Source of the DNA: Pecten maximus
Lineage: Eukaryota
DNA length: 64,000 bases
Reading direction: 5' to 3'
NCBI RefSeq assembly: GCF_902652985.1
Contig: NC_047023.1
Span: 41,416,001-41,480,000, forward strand
The position numbers and the translations under genes were made by a program. This document shows, in pieces, positions 1-10,873 of the stretch. The notes beneath the pieces are model-generated. The model was not told the DNA's origin, did not search any database, and was given only the letters and a program-made list of their open reading frames with translations. How positions within the stretch are numbered: the first letter of the stretch is position 1; every line of letters begins with the position of its first letter.

Positions 1-2015
1 AACTGGATAACAAGGTTTTGCTGAATGTCAGCTGCCTGAATGCTATTCTTTTCTAAGTATTTGAGACTGAGAAAATTAGATATCTCTGAAATGGGATCAC
101 TTTCTAAACACAGGCTCTGTTGCATCAAGATTACATAGCTTAATGTCTGTAGTAATGTCAGTTACATTTGATTTTCAAAATGACTAGATTTTTTTAGATT
201 GAACACAAAAGAGACATCATAAGAACAGAAATAGAAACAATTCAAAACTCAATTTGAAAAGAAAAAATAATTTGGCTTAAGGTTAAATGTTTTGTCCTTT
301 CTAAAAGAAGCCAAGTGACTGCTAATTTGAATTTAGTACATCAATTGCTTATAAAATGCTCATATAATAAAATATGCTAGAACTGATATAAACAAATTTG
401 AAAGGGTGCACAATTGTCATGTACAAAAATCAGTGACATGTATACAATATTTGAACATTGAAAGCGGTCATACAGTAATTCTACTCCAATTATTTTAAAG
501 GAAAGTAACTTGAGACAGATCTGAGGTATAGCGTGAAACAATATACAGCTTTAAGAAAGCAGGATATTTAAATTTGACACCTAGGACATCATATAGCTAG
601 TAAACTGATGCAAACTTGAGATGAGAACAAAAGTGCTGGACAAAATCATCAGATTGATCAGTTTTCAGATGTTACTACTGTAGTTTTCAAAAGTTTACAA
701 AATCTATATTGTTATATTGCATATATAGCTTTAAGAGGGTCAGATATGTGTGGTACAGTGTGTGCTTGTGTGTACTGTGTGTATGGTAAGGTTGTAGAGA
801 GTGTTGATAGATAGCCAAGGTTCTTACTAAACTATTCTTTGGTCCTGATGAATTATCTGTGTAGGGTTTCCATGTATTTTCTGTTATGTGTAAAGAGAAT
901 TATTCCTGTTTCAGTTCTTCATTTAGGTCACAAAAATGAAATTCTTATGGTAATACAATGTAATGCAGTTTTTAATGCTACATATTGTGTAAGGCAGTTT
1001 GGTTAACGTTGTGTTTAACATTTTGAGTGATTTTTTTAAAGTAAACTTTTATGCATGGATCATTCTTGATTTTATCAAAATTTGATAAGATTTAGAAATA
1101 AGTTTCATATGAATTAAAGTCATCATAAAACTGCAAAATCTTTTGGAAATATGAGTGTTGATCTGCCATGATATGGAATTTATAGTTGTTATGAATGGCA
1201 GAGCTTTGTAGACAACTATAACATTGTGTAAACACTTTAAATATCATAGCATGGCACTTCAAAACTTAAAAGTGAGTTTAACGATAGATCTATTTTACTT
1301 GGTGTTGAGGTCTCCTCCAGAAATATTGTGTGTCAACTCCACTTGGTATGGCCATGTATATATACACCAGAAAATGTATGGAATCCCTGATCGGATATTG
1401 GTCGTTAGAGTCCTGGCTATCATATGATGGTGCTATTTTCAATGTTTGTTTTATATATATATATATATATAGATATCTAAGAAGCAGATAGTTCTTACAG
1501 ATGAAAATTTCTCCACAGGTTTCTGTGACAAATGACCTTTTTCTGTTAGATAGATTCTAATGTATTTGATGAATCTTTTAAACTGTCTCGTGTGTTAGCC
1601 TGAAGAGGTTCCCTACATGGTGCAGGGGAAGAACTTTCTCTCTTTGTTGGTAATCAACAGTCACTTTATATAAAGCTATTATGTACCATATAAAAAAAAA
1701 CTTGATTATATACTGTATTTGTTTAAGACTTAAGTTCATAGGTTTGTAGAAAGTTAAAACATGTTATTGAAATGTAACTTATGTGGTGGTTACTGGTATG
1801 TTTTGCTTTGCTCACATCACAAAGATTTTAACTGACTTTAGTAATTAGCTGATGTCACCAGATGTACCAAAAATCAAACTCTGCTGTGTAAGTGATGGAA
1901 TTCATAGGTGCGTAGTTTTAATGTATTTACAAATAAATATTTAAATTTGATAACAGGTTTATGGAGGAAAATACATTTTGGTGCAATATTGTACAACATA
2001 AGAAATCATGTGCTT

Positions 2016-2756
2016 GGGAAAAGTCATTGTCGGTAACCCAAGTAGTGTTGTTACCCTAGGGAGAAGTCATTGCCGGTAACCCACAGTAGTGTTGTTACCC
2101 TAGGGAGAAGTCATTGTCAGTAACCCACAGTAGTGTTGTTACCCTAGAGAGAAGTCATTGTCGGTAACCCACAGTAGTGTTGTTACCCTAGGGAGAAGTC
2201 ATTGTCGGTAACCCAAGTAGTGTTGTTACCCTAGGGAGAAGTCATTGTCAGTAACCCACGGTAGTGTCGTTACCCTAGGGAGAAGTCATTGTCGGTAACC
2301 CAAGGTAGTGTCGTTACCCTAGGGAGAAGTCATTGTCGGTAACCCACAGTAGTGTTGTTACCCTAGGGAGAAGTCATTGTCGGTAACCCACGGTAGTGTC
2401 ATTACCCTAGGGAGAAGTCATTGTCAGTAACCCACGGTAGTGTCGTTACCCTAGGGAGAAGTCATTGTCAGTAACCCACGGTAGTGTTGTTACCCTAGGG
2501 AGAAGTCATTGTCGGTAACCCAAGTAGTGTCGTTACACTAGGGAGAAGTCATTGTCAGTAACCCACGGTAGTGTCGTTACACTAGGGAGAAGTCATTGTC
2601 AGTAACCCACGGTAGTGTCGTTACACTAGGGAGAAGTCATTGTCGGTAACCCACAGTAGTGTCGTTACCCTAGGGAGAAGTCATTTTTGGGAACCCACAG
2701 TATTGTCGTTACACTAGGGAGAAGGCATTGTCGGAAACCTACGGTAGTTTTGTTAC
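2016..2756. repeat. 43-44 bp minisatellite (~17 units), hairpin-forming
   Basis: Unit GGGAGAAGTCATTGTCGGTAACCCACRGTAGTGTYGTTACCCTA repeated head-to-tail; internal inverted repeat GGTAAC...GTTACC. Confidence 0.95.
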
Positions 2757-3416
2757 ATTTCAGTATGATTGAAAATGGGTCACAGACAATGAGGAGAAAT
2801 CGAAGCTAAGCCATTCTCGATATATTGCTGTGCAAGCTAAAACTACCAAATTTTCATGAAAAGTAACAATTAAAAAAGTTTTAACTGAAATGCTATAATC
2901 TGCTTCAAAATTTGACTGTTATATATGGACTCTCGATGACTTAAGAATTAATTTTCTATCTCTAGATGCTTTTTCATAAGAATTCAAAAGAAAAAAACTC
3001 TAGTATGAACACCAGGGTAAAAGTTTTTATAAGGTTTACTTGAAATGTGAAATGGATGTTACTTTGAGTAATTTTTTTTACAGATGTATTGATAGGTTGT
3101 TAAGAAAGTATTTATTTTGACAATTTAAGATCATGGCAAAAATTAATTCTGACAAAATCAATATGTAAAAATTGTAAATTTTTTTGTTTCCCTCCAATTT
3201 GATATTGGCGAAAACCACATCTAACTGTAGTTGTTTTATGAAATAAATAATATTGAATATGTTTTATTTGAGTTGTTCATCTTTATGCATTAATTATCAC
3301 AATGTGAGCTAATATGGTTGCTTTGAATCTATCGTAAGTCAGACTATTTCTATAATACAATGAGACATAGTCAGGATATTTCTATAATACCATGAGACAT
3401 AGTCAGGATATTTCTA

Positions 3417-3645
3417 CTTGTTTATTGCATGTGAACAGTCGCGTTCATGTTGAGGCAGTGTCTTCATGTAGTAGTTACCTCACTGAGTAACATACAGGAG
3501 GCCTATCACACGCTGCTGAAAACAACCAGCCTGAAAGTCTTGCCCAAAGACACAACCATGACAACACAGGATGATCAACCCACTCACCAAGGATCTTTAC
3601 CAGAGTTGTCTTGTATAATGCTCTAGCTCCACAGTCCTGGCTATT
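3417..3645 (-). mobile_element. Degenerate CORE-type SINE fragment
   Basis: Collinear similarity to 58790-58960 (TTTATTGC..GTGAACAG..GTAGTAG..AACATACAGGAGGCC..TCTTGCCCAA.GACACAACCA). The minus strand reads GTGTCTTTGGGCAAGAC, resembling the CORE-SINE domain. Confidence 0.6.
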
Positions 3646-3938
3646 GATGACTCCACTATACTTTTCTAGGATAATAAAATGTATTCAAATGAATGAGAAA
3701 CGAAGGTAAATCTGCCAAAACCTTTTCTAGAAATTTAATAGATTGGCAGGATGACATCAAATTATTGAAAATAAATGACCTTGACCTACTTGGAAGTTCA
3801 CATAGGAATAATCTCATCCGTTGTTCCAAAAGGTTTGAAGTCATGATATTTGGCTGATAACAGTAAAACCAAGAGTTCCAGTAGTGAATTAGGTACATTG
3901 GCACTCACCTGGCCAGTTTTACCTATGTTTGACCTTTT

Positions 3939-4374
3939 TAGGTGACCTGAGAGGAAGTCTCAAAAGACCCATTCTAATCACCTTTTGTCCATTGTTGTTG
4001 GTCTTCTGTCCATTAACAATTTACAATTTTGACTTCTTCTCGATAACCAAGAGGCATAGAGACCTGATATTGGACCTATAGATGTTTGGGTGAACGGCTA
4101 TAACAGATAGTTCAAATCAATGACCTTGACCTTCATTCAAGGTCACAGAGGTCAAATATGCTAATATCTCTAAATTACTTTTTCTCACTAAGCAAGAGGT
4201 CCAGAGACCTGATATTGAGCCTTTAGCATGCTGGGGTGAACAACATTGGCCTCAAATTCAAGGTCACAGGAATCAAATCTGAAAAATTGACCTCAAATTC
4301 AAGGTCACAGGAATCAAATCTGCAATAAAAATATATCAAAACTTGGGGGCCGTTAAGGCCAGTGAGCCTCTTGT
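3939..4374 (+). mobile_element. Degenerate Helentron-associated non-autonomous element (HINE/DINE-1-like)
   Basis: Starts TTAGGTGACCTGAG and ends CCGTTAAGGCCAGTGAGCCTCTTGT, the reverse complement of the ACAAGAGGCCC.TGGGCCTTAACGG terminus at 43298. The interior matches the ~145-bp repeat of 43298-44599 (GACCTTGACCTTCATTCAAGGTCACAG). Confidence 0.7.
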
Positions 4375-4655
4375 CTTCTTTCAAAGTGTAAAAATGGAAT
4401 ACATGGTGGTCTAGCTTGCACAATGAAGTGCCAATGTGAAACTTGTGGTAATTTGAGAAAGATCTCTTATGTATTTGTAGGAGTTGGATCCACTAGTCTT
4501 GATTCCCAAATGTAAGTTTAAAATCAATTCAGTATCAACAGCTTAAAAGGATAAATATATTGGTGCTCTCAAGTGCAGCAAGTCTTACAAATACAAATAT
4601 GAAACAATTTGTATGATTAAATATCATATTTAGATTTGTAGGCCTATATATGTTA

Positions 4656-4968
4656 ACAAGAGGCCCAAGGGCCTTAATTAACAGTTATCTGACTCTAAAT
4701 ATCCTTCTACCATTATAGTATACATTCTCAATAGCAAATATGCTAATATTGTTGGTCACATGGTAGCCACCTTGCATTTTGGAATAACAACACTTGGTCA
4801 GAACCATATCTGAAGTCAGGATTATTCCAAGCAAGTTTCAGCTTAATCAGACCAGTGGAACATCAACACTGATTGATATGTGAAAAGTTTACGCACAGCG
4901 GACGGCACACAGCGACAGACAAAGCACGATAAGTGTAGGTCATCCTGAACCTTCATGACAGATGATCT
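4656..4968 (-). mobile_element. Short HINE-like element without a central tandem array
   Basis: Terminus ACAAGAGGCCCAAGGGCCTTAA. The other end has a GACGG/GACAG-rich tract followed by AGGTCATCCTGA...CAGATGATCT, matching the ends of 30052-31917. Confidence 0.7.
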
Positions 4969-5244
4969 TGAAAAATGAAAGTTTTTTTTTGTTTATTTTT
5001 TTTATTGAAATAGATCTAGTCTAGTTTAATATGGACTTGACCCGAAGTTTGTAGCATTTTCCCCCGATATGACAAATGTGAAAATATTCTTGACTCCACT
5101 TCCCCTTTCAATGGATAAAATAAGTTGCATGGATGGAATACACTAACTTTGATTGCTAGCTAGACAAACACTGAATTTCAATTTGTAGTCTTCAACCTAT
5201 GAAGCAGAACGTAGACGTCATGTGGTTGAGTTACTTCCCTTGAC

Positions 5245-5354
5245 AAAGTCACTTCCGTTGATGGAGAGGCCGTCTGTTGTAAATTTTAGAAAGTCAACAA
5301 GAACGTTTATGTATGCTACAAATTACTGATGTTTCATCGTCTTCATCCACTGAG
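5245..5354 (+). promoter_or_regulatory. Candidate promoter/non-coding first exon of the GT32 gene
   Basis: Locally CpG-richer stretch with ACTTCCG (ETS-like) and GACGTCA (CRE-like, ~5214) motifs. A donor-like GA|GTAAGT at 5355 could splice to the TTTCAG acceptor at 6057. No transcript evidence. Confidence 0.35.
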
Positions 5355-5824
5355 TAAGTTGTCAATGTGGTGTCATCGTCTAACACCCCACGATTTTTTC
5401 TGTAACTTGGTTTAGGCAGAGACCTGTATACTTTACTCTCTGGTCCATCTCCTCTGGTCGGCTGCAGGGGGGCATCTACTCCTATACGTATATGAGGTCT
5501 TATTCCACCTGATTACATTGGTGGATATTGCGACAGCCTGTCAGAAGTTTCCTGTCGTGTAAACCTCTAATATTATTGGAGTAGGGGGCATCCTACGGTC
5601 GTCTAAAAAACACCAAACGATACAATAAGATGAAAAAACGAGTTATTTTGTGTATATATATCGGTTATATTTTGCTATGGCGTGCAAAAACCCATATGGT
5701 GTACCTATGGCGTATATTTCCCTGTGGCCGCCAAAAAGGGACTACGTATACTGTACTCCATTTCCTCAATTGGATCACTGGGGCATGTCTAGACACATCC
5801 AATCACAGGTGCATGTCTAGTTTT

Positions 5825-5897
5825 ATATTTAAAAAAAATAGTCAGAAATACCTATATACATGTGTATATAGGTATTTCTGACTATTTTTTTAAATAT
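5825..5897. repeat. ~73-bp near-perfect palindrome
   Basis: ATATTT-A8-TAGTCAGAAATACCTATATACA [TG] TGTATATAGGTATTTCTGACTA-T7-AAATAT; the arms differ only by one base in the A/T run. Confidence 0.95.
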
Positions 5898-6073
5898 CCC
5901 TCACCCTCTGAAAAGACCCTCTGCTTATATTTTTTATATACAGCATCTAATCTTTAAAAGTCAGTTCTTAGGAAACCTTGTTTGACTCTAGACGATTTTA
6001 AAGTTGTTTCTTGATCCAGATTTTCGTAAAAGGTTCAATTCCTGTCTACAATTTCAGGTTACAAGAAGGACCG

Positions 6074-7114
6074 ATGAGGAAGATGAAGGGTTTTATTTCG
6101 GCCTTTGGTAGCCCTGGAACACTTAAAACTCTTGCTGTTGGAAATTTCCTGCTTTTTCTACTTCACTGGATCATCAAATTCGAACAAGTGCGCCTTCATG
6201 GGAATTTTCAGGACCTAGACATCCCTGTTGAAAATGGGTTTGTTCCATTAGGACTGAAGAATTATGAATCATTTCCAAATTCTGGATCCTATAGAATCCC
6301 AAAGATTATACATCAGACATGGAAAAACACAGAAATTCCAAGTAAATTCATAAACTGGATTAAAACTTGGAAAGCAAATCACCCAGACTGGGAATATTTT
6401 CTTTGGACAGATGAAAGTGCACATGCACTTATCAAAGATAAATACCCATTCCTGTTGTCAACGTTTGATAATTATTCAGAAGGTATTCGTAAAGCTGACG
6501 CCCTGCGCTACATCATTCTGTATGAATTCGGAGGTGTTTATGCTGATATGGACCTGGAAAGTTTAAAACCTATAGATCCTATGGCAAGGAAATACTCTTG
6601 TTTCATAAGTCAGGAACCATACGAACATCCGATCCTTGACGCAAATTTTGAACACTTAGTAATCAATGCTCTCATAGGTTGTCAAGCGAGGCATCCATTC
6701 ATGAAGAAACTAATGGACAATTTACCTGCGTTCCGTCACATGTGGAATGTTCTTGATAGCACAGGGCCCCATTTTGTGACACTTATTTATAATGATTATC
6801 AGCAAAACAACATTTCTCCCTCTGAAGATCAGGGTGTATATCTGTCTCCTCCCGAGTACTTCTTCCCAACCATAGATCCAGCAAAACATTTCTGGTTCCG
6901 CATGCAATGTGGGAAATTCCACAAATTAAGTGATTTGCAGAAAAAAGCTTGCAAAACTCTTAAAATAAAAGGTGTGAATCGAAAGCCAACATCTGTGGCT
7001 TTCACTGATCATCACTGGATACATACATACATAGACTTCAGGGTTTCTCTCAAGGGCCCAGTCAATATTTTCCAAATTGTACCAGATGCTAAGATATATG
7101 GCAATGCTAGATAG
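6074..7114 (+). CDS. GT32-family DXD glycosyltransferase (Gly_transf_sug; SUR1/CSG1/OCH1-like), predicted type II membrane protein, 346 aa, intronless CDS
   Basis: Motifs IPKIIHQTWK, W..W...HPDWEYFLWTD, KADALRYIILYEFGGVYADMD (DXD), NALIG..ARHPF and STGP. N-terminal hydrophobic stretch LAVGNFLLFLLHWII. The first ATG at 6074 lies 16 nt after a TTTCAG acceptor at 6057; TAG at 7112-7114. Confidence 0.92.
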   Translation: MRKMKGFISAFGSPGTLKTLAVGNFLLFLLHWIIKFEQVRLHGNFQDLDIPVENGFVPLGLKNYESFPNSGSYRIPKIIHQTWKNTEIPSKFINWIKTWKANHPDWEYFLWTDESAHALIKDKYPFLLSTFDNYSEGIRKADALRYIILYEFGGVYADMDLESLKPIDPMARKYSCFISQEPYEHPILDANFEHLVINALIGCQARHPFMKKLMDNLPAFRHMWNVLDSTGPHFVTLIYNDYQQNNISPSEDQGVYLSPPEYFFPTIDPAKHFWFRMQCGKFHKLSDLQKKACKTLKIKGVNRKPTSVAFTDHHWIHTYIDFRVSLKGPVNIFQIVPDAKIYGNAR

Positions 7115-7412
7115 CCTATTTTAATTCTTTGTTTTGATAACTTTATAAATAAGGAAAATATTTCATTATAATTGTTTAGTTGTTGTACATAAACATTTCT
7201 TTTAAAAAGACATAGTTTGAATATCAAAAAGTAAATATATCAATGGAATTGTCAGTGTATACGTTATAGCATATTTACTTATTTCTAATTAGGACCATGC
7301 ATGATCCCAATAAGACTGTGAAAAGCATAAGCATGTTTTCTTTAATTTCTTGTGTATATGTCTGACTTCACTTGGTTGTCTTTGTGCAGGTTGAATTGTT
7401 TCTACTTAATAT

Positions 7413-7418
7413 AATAAA
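7413..7418 (+). terminator. Candidate polyadenylation signal of the GT32 gene
   Basis: AATAAA about 300 nt after the stop, preceded by TGTA-containing U-rich sequence. Confidence 0.35.
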
Positions 7419-7644
7419 TAACAAACAACAGAAAATATCAGTTTAATATTTTATTTTTTCCTGTCATGTTCATACAAAAGCCTTTGACATACTGGAATAC
7501 AGTACATTGATAGATTCTGTAAGATGAGTAGTTTGATGAATGATGATGTGAAAATAAGTTATTTCCCATGACAACTCTAGCTATCTCTATATATTGAGTG
7601 CCATAATCATTAGACATATATACCGTAGGTACTGATAGGAATGT

Positions 7645-8388
7645 CATTCATGATATCACAAATAAAGATACATCGTTCATGATATCACTATACAGATACA
7701 TTGTTTGTGATATCACAAGTAATGATACAATGTTCATGATATCACTATAAAGATACATCGTTCATGATATCACTAGTAAAGATACATCATTCATGATATC
7801 ACAAATAAAGATACATCATTCATGATATCACTATACAGATACATTGTTTGTGATATCACAAGTAATGATACAATGTTCATGATATCACTATAAAGATACA
7901 TCGTTCATGATATCACTAGTAAAGATACATCATTCATGATATCACTAGTAAAGATACATCATTCATGATATCACTAGTAAAGATACATCATTCATGATAT
8001 CACTAGTTAAGATACATCGTTTGTGATATCACTATAAAGATACATCGTTCATGATATCACTAGTAAAGATACATCATTCATGATATCACTATAAAGATAC
8101 ATCGTTCATGATATCACTATAAAGATACATCATTCATGATATCACTATAAAGATACATCGTTCATGATATCACTAGTAAAGATACATCATTCATGATATC
8201 ACTATAAAGATACATCGTTCATGATATCACTAGTAAAGATACATCGTTAAAGATACATCGTTTGTGATATCACTAGTTAAGATACATCATTCATGATATC
8301 ACTATAAAGATACATCATTCATGACATCACTAGTAAAGATACATTTATGATACCACTAGTTAAGATACATCGTTTTTGATATCACAAG
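7645..8388. repeat. ~28-29 bp minisatellite
   Basis: Unit TTCATGATATCACTAGTAAAGATACATCR repeated in tandem; each unit contains the TGATATCA palindrome. Confidence 0.95.
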
Positions 8389-10873
8389 TTTGCAAAAGAT
8401 ACTTAAACGGTATACATAAAATATTTAGACAGTAAATGACGTAACATGAATAATATATATCTCACTTTGTTTTAACAATAAACTACATTACAGTTAATAC
8501 CTAAAAAGCATACATCTACCTTGTACATACACATAATGCTAACTAATCTGACCATACACTACCAGGTATCGCATATGTTTCAAGATCTGCTCATCAGCAA
8601 CAGTAATACATGAAATGTGTTTCAGGCAGATTTTATCTTTGACATCAATACTAATACCAAATCCATATTATGATGTACAAGACCTTGTGTTAGATTGTCC
8701 TATAAGTTAACAAGTTCTTGTGTTGGATTGTCATTTCACAATTTAAAGATTTTCTAATTTAGGACCATTCAAATAACACAAATTTAAAAGCTTTACTATA
8801 TTTACATATATATACACCATACCTTGTAATATGTCAATTGTTATCAACGGAAAAATACCCAACAAATACAAATTCATCATCTTGTTATAGGTTCCTCTTC
8901 GAGAGAATGTTTTTGGTAAAAAAAAAGAAGATTATTGAATGATAAATACAGTATTTTCTACATGATTATCTTTATACAGGTACACAACAAATTATACACA
9001 AACTTAACAGTTATAAAGTGGACATCAACACACATCTGGAAACAGACAACATCGCCTTGGTAGTGGCTGGGTAAATAAATGGTGAACTTGTCTTCTTACT
9101 GATCCAAATCAATATAAGCAATCGTTGCCAAAGGAGAATATATTCAAGCCTTTGATAAAACGACTGGATTCTATGGTTAATGTAACACTAAGAAAGATGG
9201 ATGACAACAGGGTCACAGCTAGGTCGAGTCTCTTTCTGAAAGTTTTACGTGATACAATATACAGTATTACCCTGTATTACTCCAAAATCACTACATAGCT
9301 ACATGTCAAAAAATATTTGTCTTCTAGTTTGGTGAGTGGGAAAATATGGCTTTAATATTTCTGTCCAAGGCACTTGTGGAAAATTCAAAATAATGAGATG
9401 AATTTGTACAACTTCTCATGATTTGGCATGAAAAAGTTGATTTCATCCAGTACTTCCTAGAATTGATCATTTGAAAAATCAACCAATGGACGGACAAATG
9501 CCAGACACGGGGCCACCAAACTTACTAAGTTAATTTGACCAAATAAGAGAAATTTTAACAACAACAACAGATATATCTGTACCCGCTCACTTGTAAAAAG
9601 TGGATAAATTTCTCGTTTAATGAAAAAGAAATTTACTCCATATATATAGCCATTTTAAATCTAATTTGTATTGGTACAACAAACATTTACAAGATTTAAT
9701 GAAAATACACAACAGAATAAATATATAATCTACAGTTTTTTTCTACATTCATAAAATAATTGATACTGTCTATGGCTACCAGATAAGCTATTAACAAGGC
9801 AGGCAGTAACATATTAATCACCTAAGAAACTAGGATATGCTGTTTTTCTCAAAATATATAAAACAACGAGGACTCCCTGAGGTAGGTCTATTAAAAGTGA
9901 TGTGATTTTTCTGCCTTCTCTATCTAGAAGTTATAAAAGCATCTGTTCCACAGTTTCTTAGCTTTCAATCTCGAATACATGTACATGTAACTGAATTTAA
10001 AATTAACATGCTCTGGTGTTAAAAACTTTTAAAAGTATTGATGTTTCCAAATGGTTGTTAAAAACAAATCGGGTTTCCCAGATGCTGTTGATTAAAGATT
10101 TCTGTTTTATTACAATATTATCACAATTACAATAGAGCAGTGAAAGTCACAGAGTGATTATTACCAAGTACATGTACATCATAGTTTAACAGATATAATG
10201 CTATTTTTGGTGTACATATATATTTGTTTTTTTTTTGGAATATTTCACAAGCCGCTCAGTGCAGAATATGCATTGCAGTGCCTTAATGTACAAAAGCAAC
10301 CAAGGGTGTGAACTTTTACATACATTTTCTGGAACTCTCCACATCTCAATAATTAATATTTACTTTTACAAACTATTCATGTGGCTTTCATATATGCTGT
10401 AAATGTCAACTGTATGGCCTAATTGTATTGCTGGAAGGGTTTTCAGTTTATTGGCCATTGATATTTAGCAATTAAAGAAGTCACGTTAATTAGAAATGTC
10501 CCTTAAACTTCAACCTAGTTAGAATTCAGGGAGTCAAACAAATTCTGTCCAGGGTCTGTAAATGTTGGTTAGATATCATAGACTTTAAATAGAATTATCA
10601 ACCTTGTGATCCTCATGTGGTCCCAACATATATAGAGCTAAAAGGAAACGAAAAAAATATTTTTTTTATTATTTACTGAAAGTCTAAAACAGATGGTTAT
10701 TCTATATTCAGTGACAATGACATTTTAGTACATCAATTGTAGTACACAACACACAAAATCATTTCATGCTGAAATTACGACAGAGCTTGACAGAATAAAA
10801 ATGGGGCATGTTTCTATTTTTGTACAATTATATGATTACATACTGTACAAACATTACTCTTTAAGGTTTATTT

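Noticed and set aside
4481-4510. Possible 30-nt micro-exon on + (TTTGTAG...AT|GTAAGT)
   Set aside because: Splice-like signals alone are too common in AT-rich DNA, and there is no homology or frame evidence.
6011-6073. N-terminal extension of the GT32 ORF from a TTG start
   Set aside because: It overlaps a splice acceptor (AG at 6056-6057); the eukaryotic start is the ATG at 6074.
6074-7114. Bacterial contamination as the source of the intronless GT32
   Set aside because: AT content matches the flanks, there is an upstream splice acceptor and a type II anchor, host repeats lie on both sides, and there is no operon context.
8570-8602. Solo hammerhead-like motif on the minus strand (CTGATGA...GAAA-CATATG)
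   Set aside because: Stems I and II do not pair, and the required U before the cleavage site is absent.
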